This document shows, piece after piece, positions 1-13,160 of a stretch of 64,000 nucleotides of DNA (its first letter is position 1; each line of letters starts with the position of its first letter). The stretch comes from Octopus sinensis (taxonomy: Eukaryota): the NCBI RefSeq assembly GCF_006345805.1, contig NC_042998.1, positions 167,028,001 through 167,092,000 of the forward strand. Reading direction: 5' to 3'. The translations under genes and the position numbers were made by a program. A model generated the notes under the pieces. It saw only the letters and a program-made list of their open reading frames with translations, ran no database searches and had not been told where the DNA came from.

Positions 1-49
1 TATATATACATATATATGTGTATATTACTTTATTTGCTTTTTGTTTTTT

Positions 50-389
50 ACTTGGGCTACCATCTTGAATAATTTTAGTCGGATGAATCGATCCCGGTAT
101 TCACCAAGATTTTTTAAAGCTTGGTACTTATACTATCAGTCTCGTTTGCTGAACCGCTAAGTTACGGGGGTGTAAACACTCCAATACCGGTTGTTAAGAG
201 GTAGTGGAGGATAAACACACACGCGCACGCACACACATATATACAACGGACTTCTCACAAATTCCGTTTACTAAATCCACTCACAAGGCTTTGGTCGGCC
301 CGAGGCTATGGTAGAAGATAGTTGCCGAAGGTGCTACGCAGTGAAACTGAACCTGGAACTATGTGTTAGGAAGCAAGCTTCTTACCAAT
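50..389 (-). mobile_element. tRNA-derived SINE, family B (central-domain SINE with internal microsatellite)
   Basis: Matches the other copies in this window (11406, 53108): ...aatccactcacaaggctttggtcggcccgaggcta... Confidence 0.75.
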
Positions 390-685
390 GTTGTTTCTTC
401 CTTCTCGAGCTATGCCTGGCTTATAAGGGCCGGTTTATCGGTTTCATTGGCGTATAGGTTCCCCATCTGAACGGGACGCCGGTCCGTCGCAGGTGAGCTG
501 CTAGATGCAGGAAGAAAGAGAGAGATAAAGTTGTGACGAAAGAGTCAACAGAAGTTCGCCATTACCTTCTGCCGGATCCGCGTGGAGCTTAAGTGTTTCG
601 CTCATAAATACACACATCGCCCGGTCTGAGAGTCGAACCCGCGATCCTTCGACCGCTGCTCTAACACTAGGCCACGTGCCTACAC
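390..685 (-). mobile_element. tRNA-derived SINE, family C, with 12-bp target-site duplication
   Basis: Similar to the 14565 and 57706 copies; cttcttaccaat flanks it at 378-389 and 686-697. Confidence 0.75.
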
Positions 686-1217
686 CTTCTTACCAATAGT
701 GTACAATATTTGTATTTAGTTAGATGACTTCTCCAAAAACAAGTCAAGGTTCTATTTTCATCATTAGTATGTAACTTTCTGGATAATTTGAAGGAGACCT
801 CAGCGGCTATTTCTAGCAGCACGAATAATCACATAAAAAATTTTGCATTAGTACATATGACTGTTTGTTTGTAATATTAATAACTGACGATGAACGCCAA
901 TGGGTAGTTTTGTATAATAATTTTCTCCACCATATGTAACTTTTCAGTGAAATATGTAAGCCAAAAAATTCTCATACATTTATGATAAATGAAAATATTC
1001 AGTGAATTATTTTTTTACAAGGAAGAATACTGTTCATTGTTTTTTTTAGTCTTTTTTTTTCAGCTCCACAGTTGTTTTATATCAAGAATATTTAAGTCTA
1101 AAATAACATATTTGTCTTCCAAACAGCAGAATTGTTTTATTAACAAGTTTTGTAAAATAGTTTACATACATTAAAAAAAATAAATCGTTTACTTAAAATA
1201 AAATTATTGAAATTATT

Positions 1218-2420
1218 GTGACTCCGACACATCTTAACAAAACCACTAAATTACATAACGAAGGAGAGATCCACCAACTCAGTTCATTTGTTGCCAAAGG
1301 CCTACAAAAACGAAACCGAATTAGGAACTGGGAATTAGTGTGCCTCCCTACGGACAAGTCTGGCAGACTGTCGATAGACAGCCCACAGAACTATGTCTAG
1401 ACCATGCAACAATAGCATGAGAGAAGTTCCACCACGGGAGCATGAAAGAGTGGGAAAATATCCTCAATGCCCACATGAGAATGTGGTGCAACATACACCA
1501 ACCCCAAAAAGGGACTGCACAAAAATTCCAAGCATTCAACAACAGTGTTCCTACGCTATATGGATTACGTAAGGACCACACACCCTACGTAAACCCTGTT
1601 ATGGGGCCCCCAACGCGACCAGTTTGCGGAGCAAATATCTCTTGCAATTATAGACTATCCTACTTCCTCTCACAGGTGTTACGACCACTCATTAAAATGT
1701 CCCGGATGACTCCCCCAAGAGAATCAGTAGTCGCAACCACTCCAACGACCTCGCAGGTTGTATAGTGGGTAGTATGAATGTAGTTTCACTCTACCGATCT
1801 ATAAACATAGATTTTACTGAGGAAAAATGCGTTGAGATTATCTGTGAGTGAAGGTGAGTTCCACGAAGTCAACACAAGATGAACTGGGCGACCTTAAACT
1901 AAGCTATGACTATAACTACCTAGACAATAATGACCTTAGTAGATTCTGCCTCACCAGGTCACAGAAGGGAAAACCATCCACCTCGGCAGTGAAAAAAAGC
2001 ACCTCAGATTGCTGGAGTGGCTGGACAATACCCACCCAGGACCCTGAGAACAACAATCAGGTGAAAAGAATGATTGCATATGCAATAGGGGCTAGCATAA
2101 GTGTCACTTTGAAGAACACATAGTAAAGTTTAGCAGGAAACTATTCATGCAGGTTCAAGCTTCAGCCATTGGTGTCAGTGTGATTAGAGATGTGGCTGAC
2201 CTCTTAATGACCTGGTGGGACAGAAAACTTAAACAAACCTTAGCGGAACAATCTACAACTGTTTTGTTTTATTATATGTATGTAGATGACATTAATATTC
2301 TAGTTAGGACAAAATCTAGTAACTGTAGCGTAGAAACCAAGAGGAGCAAAACGAAGAGAATCTAGCACTCCATCCACCAAAGTATCAAGGTAACTATAGA
2401 TTACCTTACTAGACTATATG
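1218..2420 (+). mobile_element. Degenerate Penelope-like element reverse transcriptase
   Basis: Frameshifted motifs LYGLRKDH..GPPTRPVCGA, GSMNVVSLYRSI (motif A), QASAIG..VADLLMTWWDR (motif B') and YMYVDDI (motif C). Confidence 0.75.
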
Positions 2421-2739
2421 TTTACCTACATATCCATTTACCTACTTAACTATATATATATATGTGTACCTACTAACAACCTACTAACAAATCTAACTGT
2501 GTATGTATAAACTGTGGGTATTGGGGTATCTCTACCTTCTATGTGTATCTCTTATTTAGTACGATGGATGTTTCATTTATGAAGACGTACTTCTGTATTT
2601 GTCTGACTCATGGGTTCATCGGGTGTTTGGATACAATGCAAGATGCCAAGCCGACCCAGTGTGCCTCCATCTTGGTCTTTGGCATATTGATAGAGTATGG
2701 AGGACTGTTTTTGTTGTCATATTGTCTCAAATTTTCATG

Positions 2740-3150
2740 TAGTCTCTCTCTTTCTCACTCTTTCTTTTTGTCTCTCTCTATCTCTCTTTCTGTCTCTCTG
2801 TCACTTTCTGTATCTTTATCTCTCTCTGTCTATCTCTCTATCTGTCAATTTTCGCTCTCGTATCCTTTCTCTTTCTCTCTCTTCCTATCTCCCTTTTTCT
2901 CTCTCTTTCTCTTTCTCCTACGTTCTCTCTTTTTCATCCTTCCCCCTTTCTTTCTTCCTCTCTCTTTCTTTTTATCTCTCCTTCTCCTTTCTCGCTTTCT
3001 CTCTATTTCCCTCTCTCTTTCTTTATGTATCTCTCCTTCCGTCATCTATCGCTCTCTCTCAGTCTCTCTTTGTCTCTCTCTTTTTTCTCTCTCTCTCTTA
3101 ACGTCTCTCTTCCTGTCTCTCTCTTCTTCTGTCTGTCTCTCTTTCTTTCT
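2740..3150. repeat. CT-rich low-complexity tract
   Basis: Degenerate (CT)n/(CTTT)n; explains the ORF calls here. Confidence 0.9.
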
Positions 3151-3154
3151 GTCA

Positions 3155-3614
3155 CGGCGGGACTTAGTTGCCAACCCAATATATAAAAAAATACAAGAAT
3201 GGACAAGAACGCAAAACATCCAGACATTTAGCTGATACAAAAAAGGACAAAACATCCAGACAGACGATAAAAGAAAACAAGGATGGGTCATTCGGAGTTT
3301 TGTTTCCTTAGTCAAGTTCCAGATTATCTTTGCAATTTCGGCTGGTTATACACGAGATTGCTCCAATCTAGCCAACCCCAAGGAAAAATTAAGTTAAGAG
3401 CATTAGATTCCTTGGAAGAAAGCAGCGAATGTATAGGAAAACAAGGATGGAAAAAACGGAGAATTGTTACACAAGTAAAAATGCAAATAACAGGACATAA
3501 CAACAGGTGTCTTTCGACTAAGGATGAATTAAATTAAGCAGGCGTGTGTGGAAGTAAATATTTACGGCATGGACATAAGATTTGACAGGCACAGGGAGGA
3601 ATATTTATGTTGAC

Positions 3615-3615
<1 letters not shown>
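3155..3615 (-). mobile_element. Non-coding interspersed repeat, PLE pseudo-LTR-like (inverted relative to 55500-55990)
   Basis: Clear similarity to the reverse complement of 55500-55990; ends at a (TA)n tract; decayed CT(A/G)AGGA...CGAA motif. Confidence 0.45.
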
Positions 3616-3668
<53 letters not shown>

Positions 3669-3834
3669 AGAATTATTACGCAAAAAATTCTTATATACAT
3701 ACGCTGACATAGAACCAAAGTTGAACCCTTTATCGCAATATTACCGAATCTGGAACTTAACTATGGTCTGTCTATAGCACTTATTCAGCATTACCTGACA
3801 CCTTTGGGTCTCAATGACACTATTATCAACTGTC

Positions 3835-3988
3835 TCCTTTCAGTTTCCGTTTACCAAAACCACTCACAAGGCTTTGTTCGGCCCGAGACTATAGTAGAAG
3901 GCACTTGCTCAAGATGCCACGTAGTGCGACTGAATCCGGGATCATGTGGTTAGGAAGTAGGCTTCTTACCACACAGCCACTCCTATGT
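3835..3988 (-). mobile_element. SINE family B, 5' half
   Basis: Head cttaccacacagccactcct and central domain match other copies. Confidence 0.75.
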
Positions 3989-4547
3989 CTGTGAATATTG
4001 ATATTTATCCTAGTTGCAACAGTTCTGATGATGATGTTGATGATGATGATGATGATGATGATGGGGGCGGGGGATAATGATGTTGTTGTTGCTGTTGACA
4101 GCTCTAGTAGCTGTTGTAGCCTACGTACTTCAGTATTTCCGTTGGAAATACCACAAGAATTGTTATATATTTTTCTTTTCGTCTTTAGTTATTCTCTGCT
4201 CACCAACTGCACTGCCATCACCTCTCCCCCCTCTCTCTCTATCTATCAGTCTATCTACCTATCAATCTCTCTAGCTATCTATCTGTCTGTCTGTCTATGT
4301 ATCACTATCTATATCTTTGAAACTGGAAGTAAATACCTTATCATACAAAGAGATAAAATGAATAATCTTTTGACTTGTCATTTACAGGAAGAGTTGTTTA
4401 TTTTATTGTTGTTTTTCTTTTAGGTTTTTGTTTAAATTTTGTTTCTAATTGTTTTTAGTATTTATTGTGTACACGAGTATTGTGCTTAACGCCACTTGTC
4501 CCTCCGGTCGAATTTTCTCTATTTGTTTTGTTTTCGCCCATGGACAG

Positions 4548-4625
<78 letters not shown>
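4548..4625. repeat. (ATT)n microsatellite, target of the R4/Dong insertion
   Basis: Perfect ATT run abutting the LINE 3' end. Confidence 0.95.
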
Positions 4626-4628
<3 letters not shown>

Positions 4629-5446
4629 TAGTTTTATTTTTATAGCGTGCTTTTACTTCACTACCGAGCGCAGCTCTGTGTGCCTTGGGTATGTGCTGTG
4701 ATTTGTTGTGATGCTCTGATGGTTATTGTATGGAAAGTGTTCTGCGTAGGATGTGTGCAGTGCCTAGTAGTGCAATTTTCTGTATGTTATATGTGTTTGT
4801 AAGTCCTGGTGTTTTTGTTATGTATTTGTCTGAATATTTTTTTATCATGCCTAATGCACCTACTATGATAGGAATTGTTTCTGTTTTTAGATTCCACATT
4901 CTGGTTACCTCTATTTCCAGGTCTTTGTATTTTGAGAGTTTCTCCTTTTCTTTTAGAGACACGTTGTCATCTGCCGGTATTGATACATCAGTTAGAAAGC
5001 ATTTTTTTTCTTCATGATCTCTGACAACTATATCTGGTCTGTTGGCCTTAATTTCTCTATCTGTGTGTATCGGCATATCCCAGAGTATGGTTGCTTTCTC
5101 GTTTTCTGTGACCTTTTCTGGTGTGTGCCTATACCATCTTTTTTCTGTTGTTATTCCATAATGTTGGCATAGCTTCCAATGTATGTAGGTTCCAACTCTG
5201 TCATGTCTGTGAATATATTCCTTCTTAGCCAGGACTGGGCAGCTAGAGATAATATGATTTATTGTTTCTTGTCCATCTCCACATATTCTGCAGTTACTTG
5301 TTATATTTCTTTTCATTACATGTTTTTGGTAATTTCTGGTGGGGAGGCTTTGGTCTTATGCTGCAATTAAAAATCCCTCTGTCTCTGCTTTGAGTCCTGA
5401 GCTTCTCAACCATTGCTGGGATTTTTCTTTGTCTATTTCTTTTGCG

Positions 5447-5447
<1 letters not shown>
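4626..5447 (-). mobile_element. 5'-truncated R4/Dong-clade non-LTR retrotransposon (CCHC finger plus restriction-like endonuclease)
   Basis: ORF 4723-5316 has CRICGDGQETINHIISSC and RPDIVV..CFLTDVSIP..KEKLSKY; upstream in-frame WLRSSGLKAETEGFLIAA*DQSLPTRNY; (ATT)n on both sides. Confidence 0.92.
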
Positions 5448-5534
<87 letters not shown>

Positions 5535-6132
5535 GGCAGCGAGCTAACAGAATCGTTAGCGCGCCGGACGAAATGCTTAGCGGTATTTCGTCTGTCGTTA
5601 CGTTCTGAGTTCAAATTCCACCGAGGTCGACTTTGCCTTTTGGAGTACCAGTTACGCACTGAGGTCGATATAATCGACTTAATCCGTTTGTCGTTGTTTG
5701 TCCTTTCTGTGTTTAGACCCTTGTGGGTAGTAAAGAAATGGGTATTTCGCCCGTCGTTATGTTCTGAGTTCAAATTCCGCCGAGGTTGACTTGGCCTTTC
5801 ATACTTTCGGGGTCGATAAATTAAAAACCAGTTGACTATTGGAGTCGATATAATCGACTTACTCCATTCTCCAAATTTCAGGCCTAGTGCCTCGCTGAGT
5901 AAAATGCTTAGCGGTATTTCGCCCGTCGTTACGTTCTGAGTTCAAATACCATCGAAGTCGATTTTGCCTTTCATTCTTTCGGAGTAGATCATCTAAGTAC
6001 CACTATACGACTGGGGTAGATATAATCGGCGCATCCCCTCCCCACAGAGACGGCTGTCCTTATGGAAAAATTTGAAACCATTGTTGTTGTTGTTCTTCTT
6101 CTTCTTCTTCTTCTTTTCTTCTTCTTCTTCTT

Positions 6133-6222
<90 letters not shown>

Positions 6223-6437
6223 GAAGCAGCGAAATGGCAGAATCGTTAGCTAGCCGGGCCAAATGTTTAGCGGCATTTCGTCCGTCCTTACGTTCCGAGT
6301 TCAAATTCTGCCGAGGTCGACGTTGCCTCTCATCCTTTCGGGGCCGATGAGATAAGTACAAGTTGAGTACTGGGGTTGATGTAATCGGCTAGGTCCCTCC
6401 CACCAAATTTTAGACCTTGTGCCTATAGTAGAAAAGA
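5535..6437 (+). mobile_element. Cluster of four SINE family A copies (tRNA-derived, A/B boxes)
   Basis: ggcagcgagctaacagaa...ctgagttcaaattcc...ggggtcgataaattaa starting near 5535, 5741, 5899 and 6225. Confidence 0.85.
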
Positions 6438-6449
6438 TTATTATTAGTA

Positions 6450-6693
6450 TCATTCAGTTGTCTTATTTTTATTGCATGGTTTCACTTCACTACCGAGCGT
6501 AGCTCTTTGTGCCTTGGGTATGTGCTGTGGTTTGCTGTGATGCTCTTATTGTTACTGTATTGAAAGTGTTTTACGTAGGACGTGTGCGGTGCCTAGTAGT
6601 GCTTTTTTCTGTATGTTATATATATTTGTAAGTCCTGGTGTTTTTGTTATGTATTTGTCTGAATAATTTTTTTATCATACCTAATGCACCTAT
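6450..6693 (-). mobile_element. Second, shorter and more diverged 3' fragment of the R4/Dong element
   Basis: Aligns to 4626-4870 (ttcactaccgagcg...gtgcctagtagtgc...cctaatgcaccta), preceded by an att tract. Confidence 0.85.
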
Positions 6694-6837
6694 TCTGAGT
6701 TCAAACTTCTGACAAACAAATCTGTGGTATTGAGCAGAATATTTGCTGTAGCCCATCTTTTATACCAAGACAAAACAATGTACATGATAACACTTCCAAT
6801 CAGTTAAGATCAGAAGCCATGAGAGCCACTGCCTGGT

Positions 6838-7256
<419 letters not shown>

Positions 7257-7821
7257 TGTGCGTGACAATGTTAAGGTCTCAGCCGTTGGTTTTTATCTTT
7301 TTGGCGTTGTTAGTCGCGATTTGATATTGTTGTTGTTTTTATCATCGTCGTTGTGCTTCTTATGGTTGTCGTTCCTGACGTCGTTAGCTGTTGTTGCTCT
7401 TATCGTTTGTGGTGTGGTTTCGGTAAGTGGTCTAAACAATTGCTGGATAAGAAAGTATTAATAACGACAGGGATGATGTCGGGTAATTGCGAGGTGGTCG
7501 TTACTTGACTTGCTCGGGTTATTGTTGTTGTTGCTGTTATTGCTGTTGTTGCTGTTATTGCTGTTGTTGTTGGCGGCGGTGTTGGTGGTGGTGGTGGTGG
7601 TGGTGGTGGTGTTGGTGGTGGTATTGATGGTGCTGGCATTATTAGTGACTATGATAAGACTCAGGTATTCAACTAGAGAATTTCAAGCAGTAGCTAAATA
7701 CTTCAAATCTATTTTGGGTTTTTATTTTGTTTTAAATTTTCAGTTTTATATGTTTATACACACACACACACACACACAAACATACACACACATGTTTATA
7801 TATATACATATGTTTGTATAT

Positions 7822-7946
<125 letters not shown>

Positions 7947-8412
7947 GCACATACACACATATTATTTACATTAGTTCCCTTTTTAAATAAATATGAGCGC
8001 GTTGTTTCTGTATGTTTGTGCGTGTGTATGTATATGTGTATATGTGTACGTATTTGTGTTTGTAGAGTGGGTGCAGTGTTGGAGCGGGGAGTGATATATT
8101 ACTCGAAATATGAAGAGCTGACATCGAGGGTCATCACAGCAAACAGATACTGTTCTTTTGGCCTTATCGCAGATATAGTTTATCGAGATTGGAAGAAGAG
8201 TATGATTCACGAGCGACCAGGGGAACTGGAATGTATTTATGTGTGTATGTTTGTATGTGTGTGTGTGTGTGTAATATTTTGACAGTTTTTATAGTATGTA
8301 TATTTAATCTTATCAATTATTTGGTTTATTTATCTAGGTTTCAATTTTTAATTCCCTATTTTTATATTACTTAATCTTTTGGTTGAAGGGTGGGTTTCAT
8401 TCGATGCGATTC

Positions 8413-8483
<71 letters not shown>

Positions 8484-8499
8484 GCTATTTCTGTATTAC

Positions 8500-8907
8500 T
8501 CTTATTACTCTTTTACTCGTTTCAGTCATTTGACTGTGGCCATGCTGGAGCACCGCCTTAATTCGAGCAAATCGACCCCAGGACTTATTCTTTGTAAGCC
8601 TAGTACTTATTCTATCGGTCTCTTTTGCCAAACCGCTAGGTTACGAGGACGTAAGCACACCAGCATCGGTTGTCAAGCGATGTTGGGGAGACAAACATAG
8701 ACACACAAACATATACACCCACACATACACACACATATATACATACATATATACGACGGGCTTGTTTTAGTTTCCGTCAACCAAATCCACTCACAAGGCT
8801 TTGGTTAGCCCGAGGCTATAGTAGAAGACACTTGCCCAAAGTGCCACTGAACCCGTAACCATGTGGTTGGTAAGCAAGCTACTTACCACACAGCCACTCC
8901 TACGCCT
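8500..8907 (-). mobile_element. SINE family B, full length
   Basis: Tail, internal CA/TA microsatellite, central domain and tRNA-like head all present. Confidence 0.85.
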
Positions 8908-10414
8908 ATATGTATAGAGTTATATATATATAAAAAAAAAAATATATATATATATATGCGTGTGTGTGTGTGTGTGTGTATGTATCTGCTCATCTATCTA
9001 TCTTTCTACACACAAACACTCACACACTAATATACGCACATACAGACACATCCAAACGCGCACACGCGCACAAACACGTACGCACACACGCACATGCACC
9101 CACACACACACATACACGCGTACACCCACATTTATATATGCCTATTAGTTAAGACACCTTGCTTGAAGTGTTTCTACATTCTGACCAAAAGAGAAATCCA
9201 TTTTTAACCCTATATCCTTCAATACGGTTTGAATGAAACCATTCGGTACATTTATTATTAAGAATATCTTAATCCGCACACCCAGTTTTCAGCAGTGTTT
9301 TGTGCAACATATATATACTGATGGACGCATGTATTGGAGCATTGTAATAAAATAATGAAAATGAATAATCTAAAGAACATATAATTTTTAAACTGTAAAT
9401 TTTAACATCGTCAGCTTTTAAGCATAAGCGAATGCCTTTGGGCATACATAAACATGTGCTTCGTGTGGCTTCTATTACATGATTGTTAAGTGTCTAAGCC
9501 TTGAATAGTGTTACGCGTATATGTTTATATGTGTGTAGGCAAGTGTATATTTTTGAAAATAAATATATGGTGGCCTGGTTGTTTACATTAGTGCTGCCAC
9601 TACCGTCACGATGAGGTTTTCCTGTCGCATCAGAGGCAGTTATCTTGCAAAGTATGTGAATATTGCACATGGCTATTTGTCAAAATATATAAACAATTTA
9701 AAAACGTCGAAAGACAAACCTTTCAGGAGTCACGGGTTTCGTTCAATAAGAGCAAAAGATTATCAGTTTGGTCGCGTTTCCCTTGAACTAATCTACATGC
9801 GTTAATGCATTGCATTATGGTATGCAAATTAGTAGCTCCTATCCCCTGGGGCTTCTGGATGTGTAACATGTATAAATAGATAGGGTATTTGTTTCTACAA
9901 GATTATTCAAATGATGTAGGCACTTCTGATGAGAATTCAGTAAGGTTTGCAAATCGATTAAGGATGCTCATTAGTTTCTTAGATCTATGGAGAACTAGCT
10001 AAATTTGTCATGTTTAATTATCTGCTGTGTAGCCCCGAAGTGGAACACTTAAAAATAAATGATTATCACCGTAATTTAATTAATTATTTAATTGTTATCA
10101 AGTTTGCCAAACTTAGCAACGTCAAATAAATATGTATTTAAAATCATGATTTATTTATATGATTGAAATAAAAACTAAAGATTATTTATTCATGGAATTT
10201 CTCGCTATCTTGCTTTAGCAGATAAGACCCCAAATTTCACCAGTTTAGGTCATCAGTCTATTATTACAGGTAAATTTACCTCCAGAAGGGTTTGAGTTTA
10301 GCAATAAAAGCGAAAGATATCTTTTCAAATTTATGACCTGTATTTAGACTACTAATACACTGTATGCACCGTTTGTTTGTTTGTGAGGTCCGTGGACAAG
10401 ATATCTCAAGAATC

Positions 10415-10700
10415 ACTGTATGGATTCGGATGAAACTTTCAGGGATGTTTGGCTTCGAGACTGGTACGAACTGATTAGAATTTGGGATCAATCTGGAACC
10501 GAACAAGGATTCTGGATGAATTTTTCCTGTTTTTTTTTTACTGAATTTTCGAGAGCACTCGGGTTCATTTTTAGTATTCTCGTTTGTGAGAGCAGTCGAG
10601 TTTATTTCAGATATTCTAATTTTAAAAATCATCTCTGGCTAATCGTTGAGGGGAAGTTGGCGTTGCCTTGGCGGAGTTTGCGATCTCTGAGTGCTCTTGT
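10415..10700 (+). mobile_element. Non-autonomous Helitron/Helentron-like element
   Basis: gatgaaactttcaggg start and ccttggcggagtttgcgatctctgagtgct end; second copy at 12505-12742. Confidence 0.45.
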
Positions 10701-11405
10701 TATTATTATTATTAGTTTGTTAGCATTTGTCGTTGTATTTGTTGTACCCAATCTACATTTTATCAGGGTATGAAGGAATATCATTGTAAAATATTTAAGG
10801 AATTCTATCATTTCAAGGTAGCCCGTCACTCACTTTATCTTTCTTTCCCTTTTCTCATTATCTCTCTTTCCCCTCTCTCTCCCTCTTTCTATCCCCCCTC
10901 TCTCTCTCTCTCTCTCTAGATATTTGTCTATCTCCACCACCATCCCTTTCTATTCAATCAACGCTGCTTCACACATACACACTCATAGGCACACACACAC
11001 ACATAATACGTGTGTGTGTGAGTGTGTGTTGTGTGTGTGTGTGTGTGTGTGTTTGTTTGCATGGAAGGATGTATGCGCGCATTAATGACTGCGCACGGGT
11101 ATTTCTGCATGTATGGGTGAGATTTTTTCTTACAATATTCGTTGTTAAAACATTTTTCCTAAACAAAATATTTTTAACAAGCATCTACACGAATGTCACG
11201 CCCCCACCCCTGCACACACACATACTACATACACAAGACTTTATTTCCTTATAACTTTCAGATATATGGATATTTTAAAATGAACTTTTCTGCAAATACG
11301 CATTTATTGGAATTTGTGAAAAATTTTTGCGAGTAGAGGGGAGAACAGTTTAGCAAAATTCACACGAATCGGTTTTGTTTTCTCATAACTTTCAGAAAAT
11401 TGAAC

Positions 11406-11552
11406 GTGCAGGAGTAGCTGTGTGGTAAGTAGCTTGCTTACCAACCTCATGGTTCCGAGTGCAGTCCTACTGCAAGTGTCTTCTACTATAGCCTCGGGCC
11501 GATCAAAGCCTTGTGAGTGGATTTGGTAGACGGAAACTGAAAGAATCCCGTC

Positions 11553-11622
<70 letters not shown>

Positions 11623-11862
11623 GGAGTGTGGTGTGTGTGTGTGTGTGTGTGTGGCTGTGTTTGTGTGTTTGTGTTTGTTCCCCCAACATCGCTTGACAGC
11701 CGACAGCTGGTGTGTTTACATCCCCGTAACTTAGCGGTTCGGCAAAAGAGACCGATAGAATAAGTACTAGGCTTACAAAGAATAAGTCCTGGGGTCGATT
11801 TGCTCAACTAAAGGCGGTGCTGCAGCATGGCCGCAGTCAAATGACTGAAACAAGCAAAAGAG
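11406..11862 (+). mobile_element. SINE family B, full length
   Basis: gcaggagtagctgtgtggtaag head, central domain, TA/TG microsatellite, gactgaaacaag tail. Confidence 0.88.
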
Positions 11863-12504
11863 ATTCTTTAATGAAATTATCTATAAATAGTTTTCATGTG
11901 GACTATATTACAATCCCATCGCCGTCGTTGTCACAGCCGTCGTTGTCACCGCCGTCTCCATCTCATCTGTTGCCTTCGCCATCGTTGCCGCTCCGCCGCT
12001 CCGCCGCTCTGCCGCTGCCTCCGCCATCGTCTACGCCGCCTCTCTTTTTACCGTACCTCAAAATACTGATTGATAGGAGGGTAGAGAAATCGAAGGAGAC
12101 ATGATGATCATAACATATTTCTACTTCAATGGAAACTGAAAGTTAACACAAGTATTTGCGTTCGCGCTAATGTAGTTCATTGTTGAAGTATTGTATGGAG
12201 GGTATTAAAATAAACATCCAGTAAACGCCATTTGTCCTTTGGTATTCTAGAACATCATGTATTATAATCGGCACTTTTATGATTATAACTGCAACTTTAC
12301 ATTCGATTATTTCCTGTTTCAGCCAGCGATATGTGTTAATTTGTGTCCAAACCTATTTTTAACTAAATGTTGGACCGTTGTGCTACATTAAACAGATAGA
12401 TTACCATTCTGCTTAAATATGGAGACGACCATACAAACGATAGATGTTAAAATATTTTATCTTGTCAATGCAAATGCAGTTAGAAGAACAGTACATCTTC
12501 CTGA

Positions 12505-12742
12505 TTGACACGAACTTATTAGATTTTAGGATCGATCCGGTAACGAACAAGGATTCTGGATTATGTTTCCTATTTTTTTAATACTTAATTTTTGAGAGCG
12601 GTCGGGTTCATTTTTAGTATTCTCGTTTATGAGAGCAGTCGAGTTTATTTCAGATATTCTCATTCTAAAAATCATCTCTGGCTAATCGTTGAGAGGACAT
12701 TAGTGTTGCCTTGGTAGAGGTTTGCGCTCTGAGCGCTCTTGT
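12505..12742 (+). mobile_element. Second copy of the Helitron/Helentron-like element
   Basis: Shares gagagcagtcgagtttatttcagatattct...aaaaatcatctctggctaatcgttgag with 10415-10700. Confidence 0.45.
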
Positions 12743-12984
12743 TCTGTTTGTTCTATAACTTTTATTTTATTCCAAAACAGCTTAGATAACTGCAATACGA
12801 CATATTGTTGATGCTTCATGCTAAATCTATCTTAGCATAGCGAAAGAAAATGAGGGCTTTTGTTCCCAGAATTTCTGGAATTACAGACGCTTCCTGTCTC
12901 GAAGTCATTCTTTCTATCAGAAATACATTTTCTTCATGAAGAGTGATTATTTTTAAATTATTAAATAAGCGCATACTTTTTCGT

Positions 12985-13160
12985 CCGACTTCGCGTTCCG
13001 AGTTCAAATTCCGCCGAGGTCGACTTTGCTTTTCATCCTTCCGGGGTCGATAAATTAAGTACCAGTGAAACTCTGGGATCGATGTAATCGACTAGTCTCC
13101 ACCATCGACTAGTCTCCACCATCGACTAGTCTCCACTTTGTGCCTATAGTAGAAAGGGTT
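12985..13160 (+). mobile_element. SINE family A, partial
   Basis: gagttcaaattccgccgaggtcgactttg... body. Confidence 0.75.

Noticed and set aside
8064-8240. ~58-codon open island between TG microsatellites ([21 protein letters not shown]...)
   Set aside because: No recognisable homology and only a weak donor; an open frame of this length is expected by chance.
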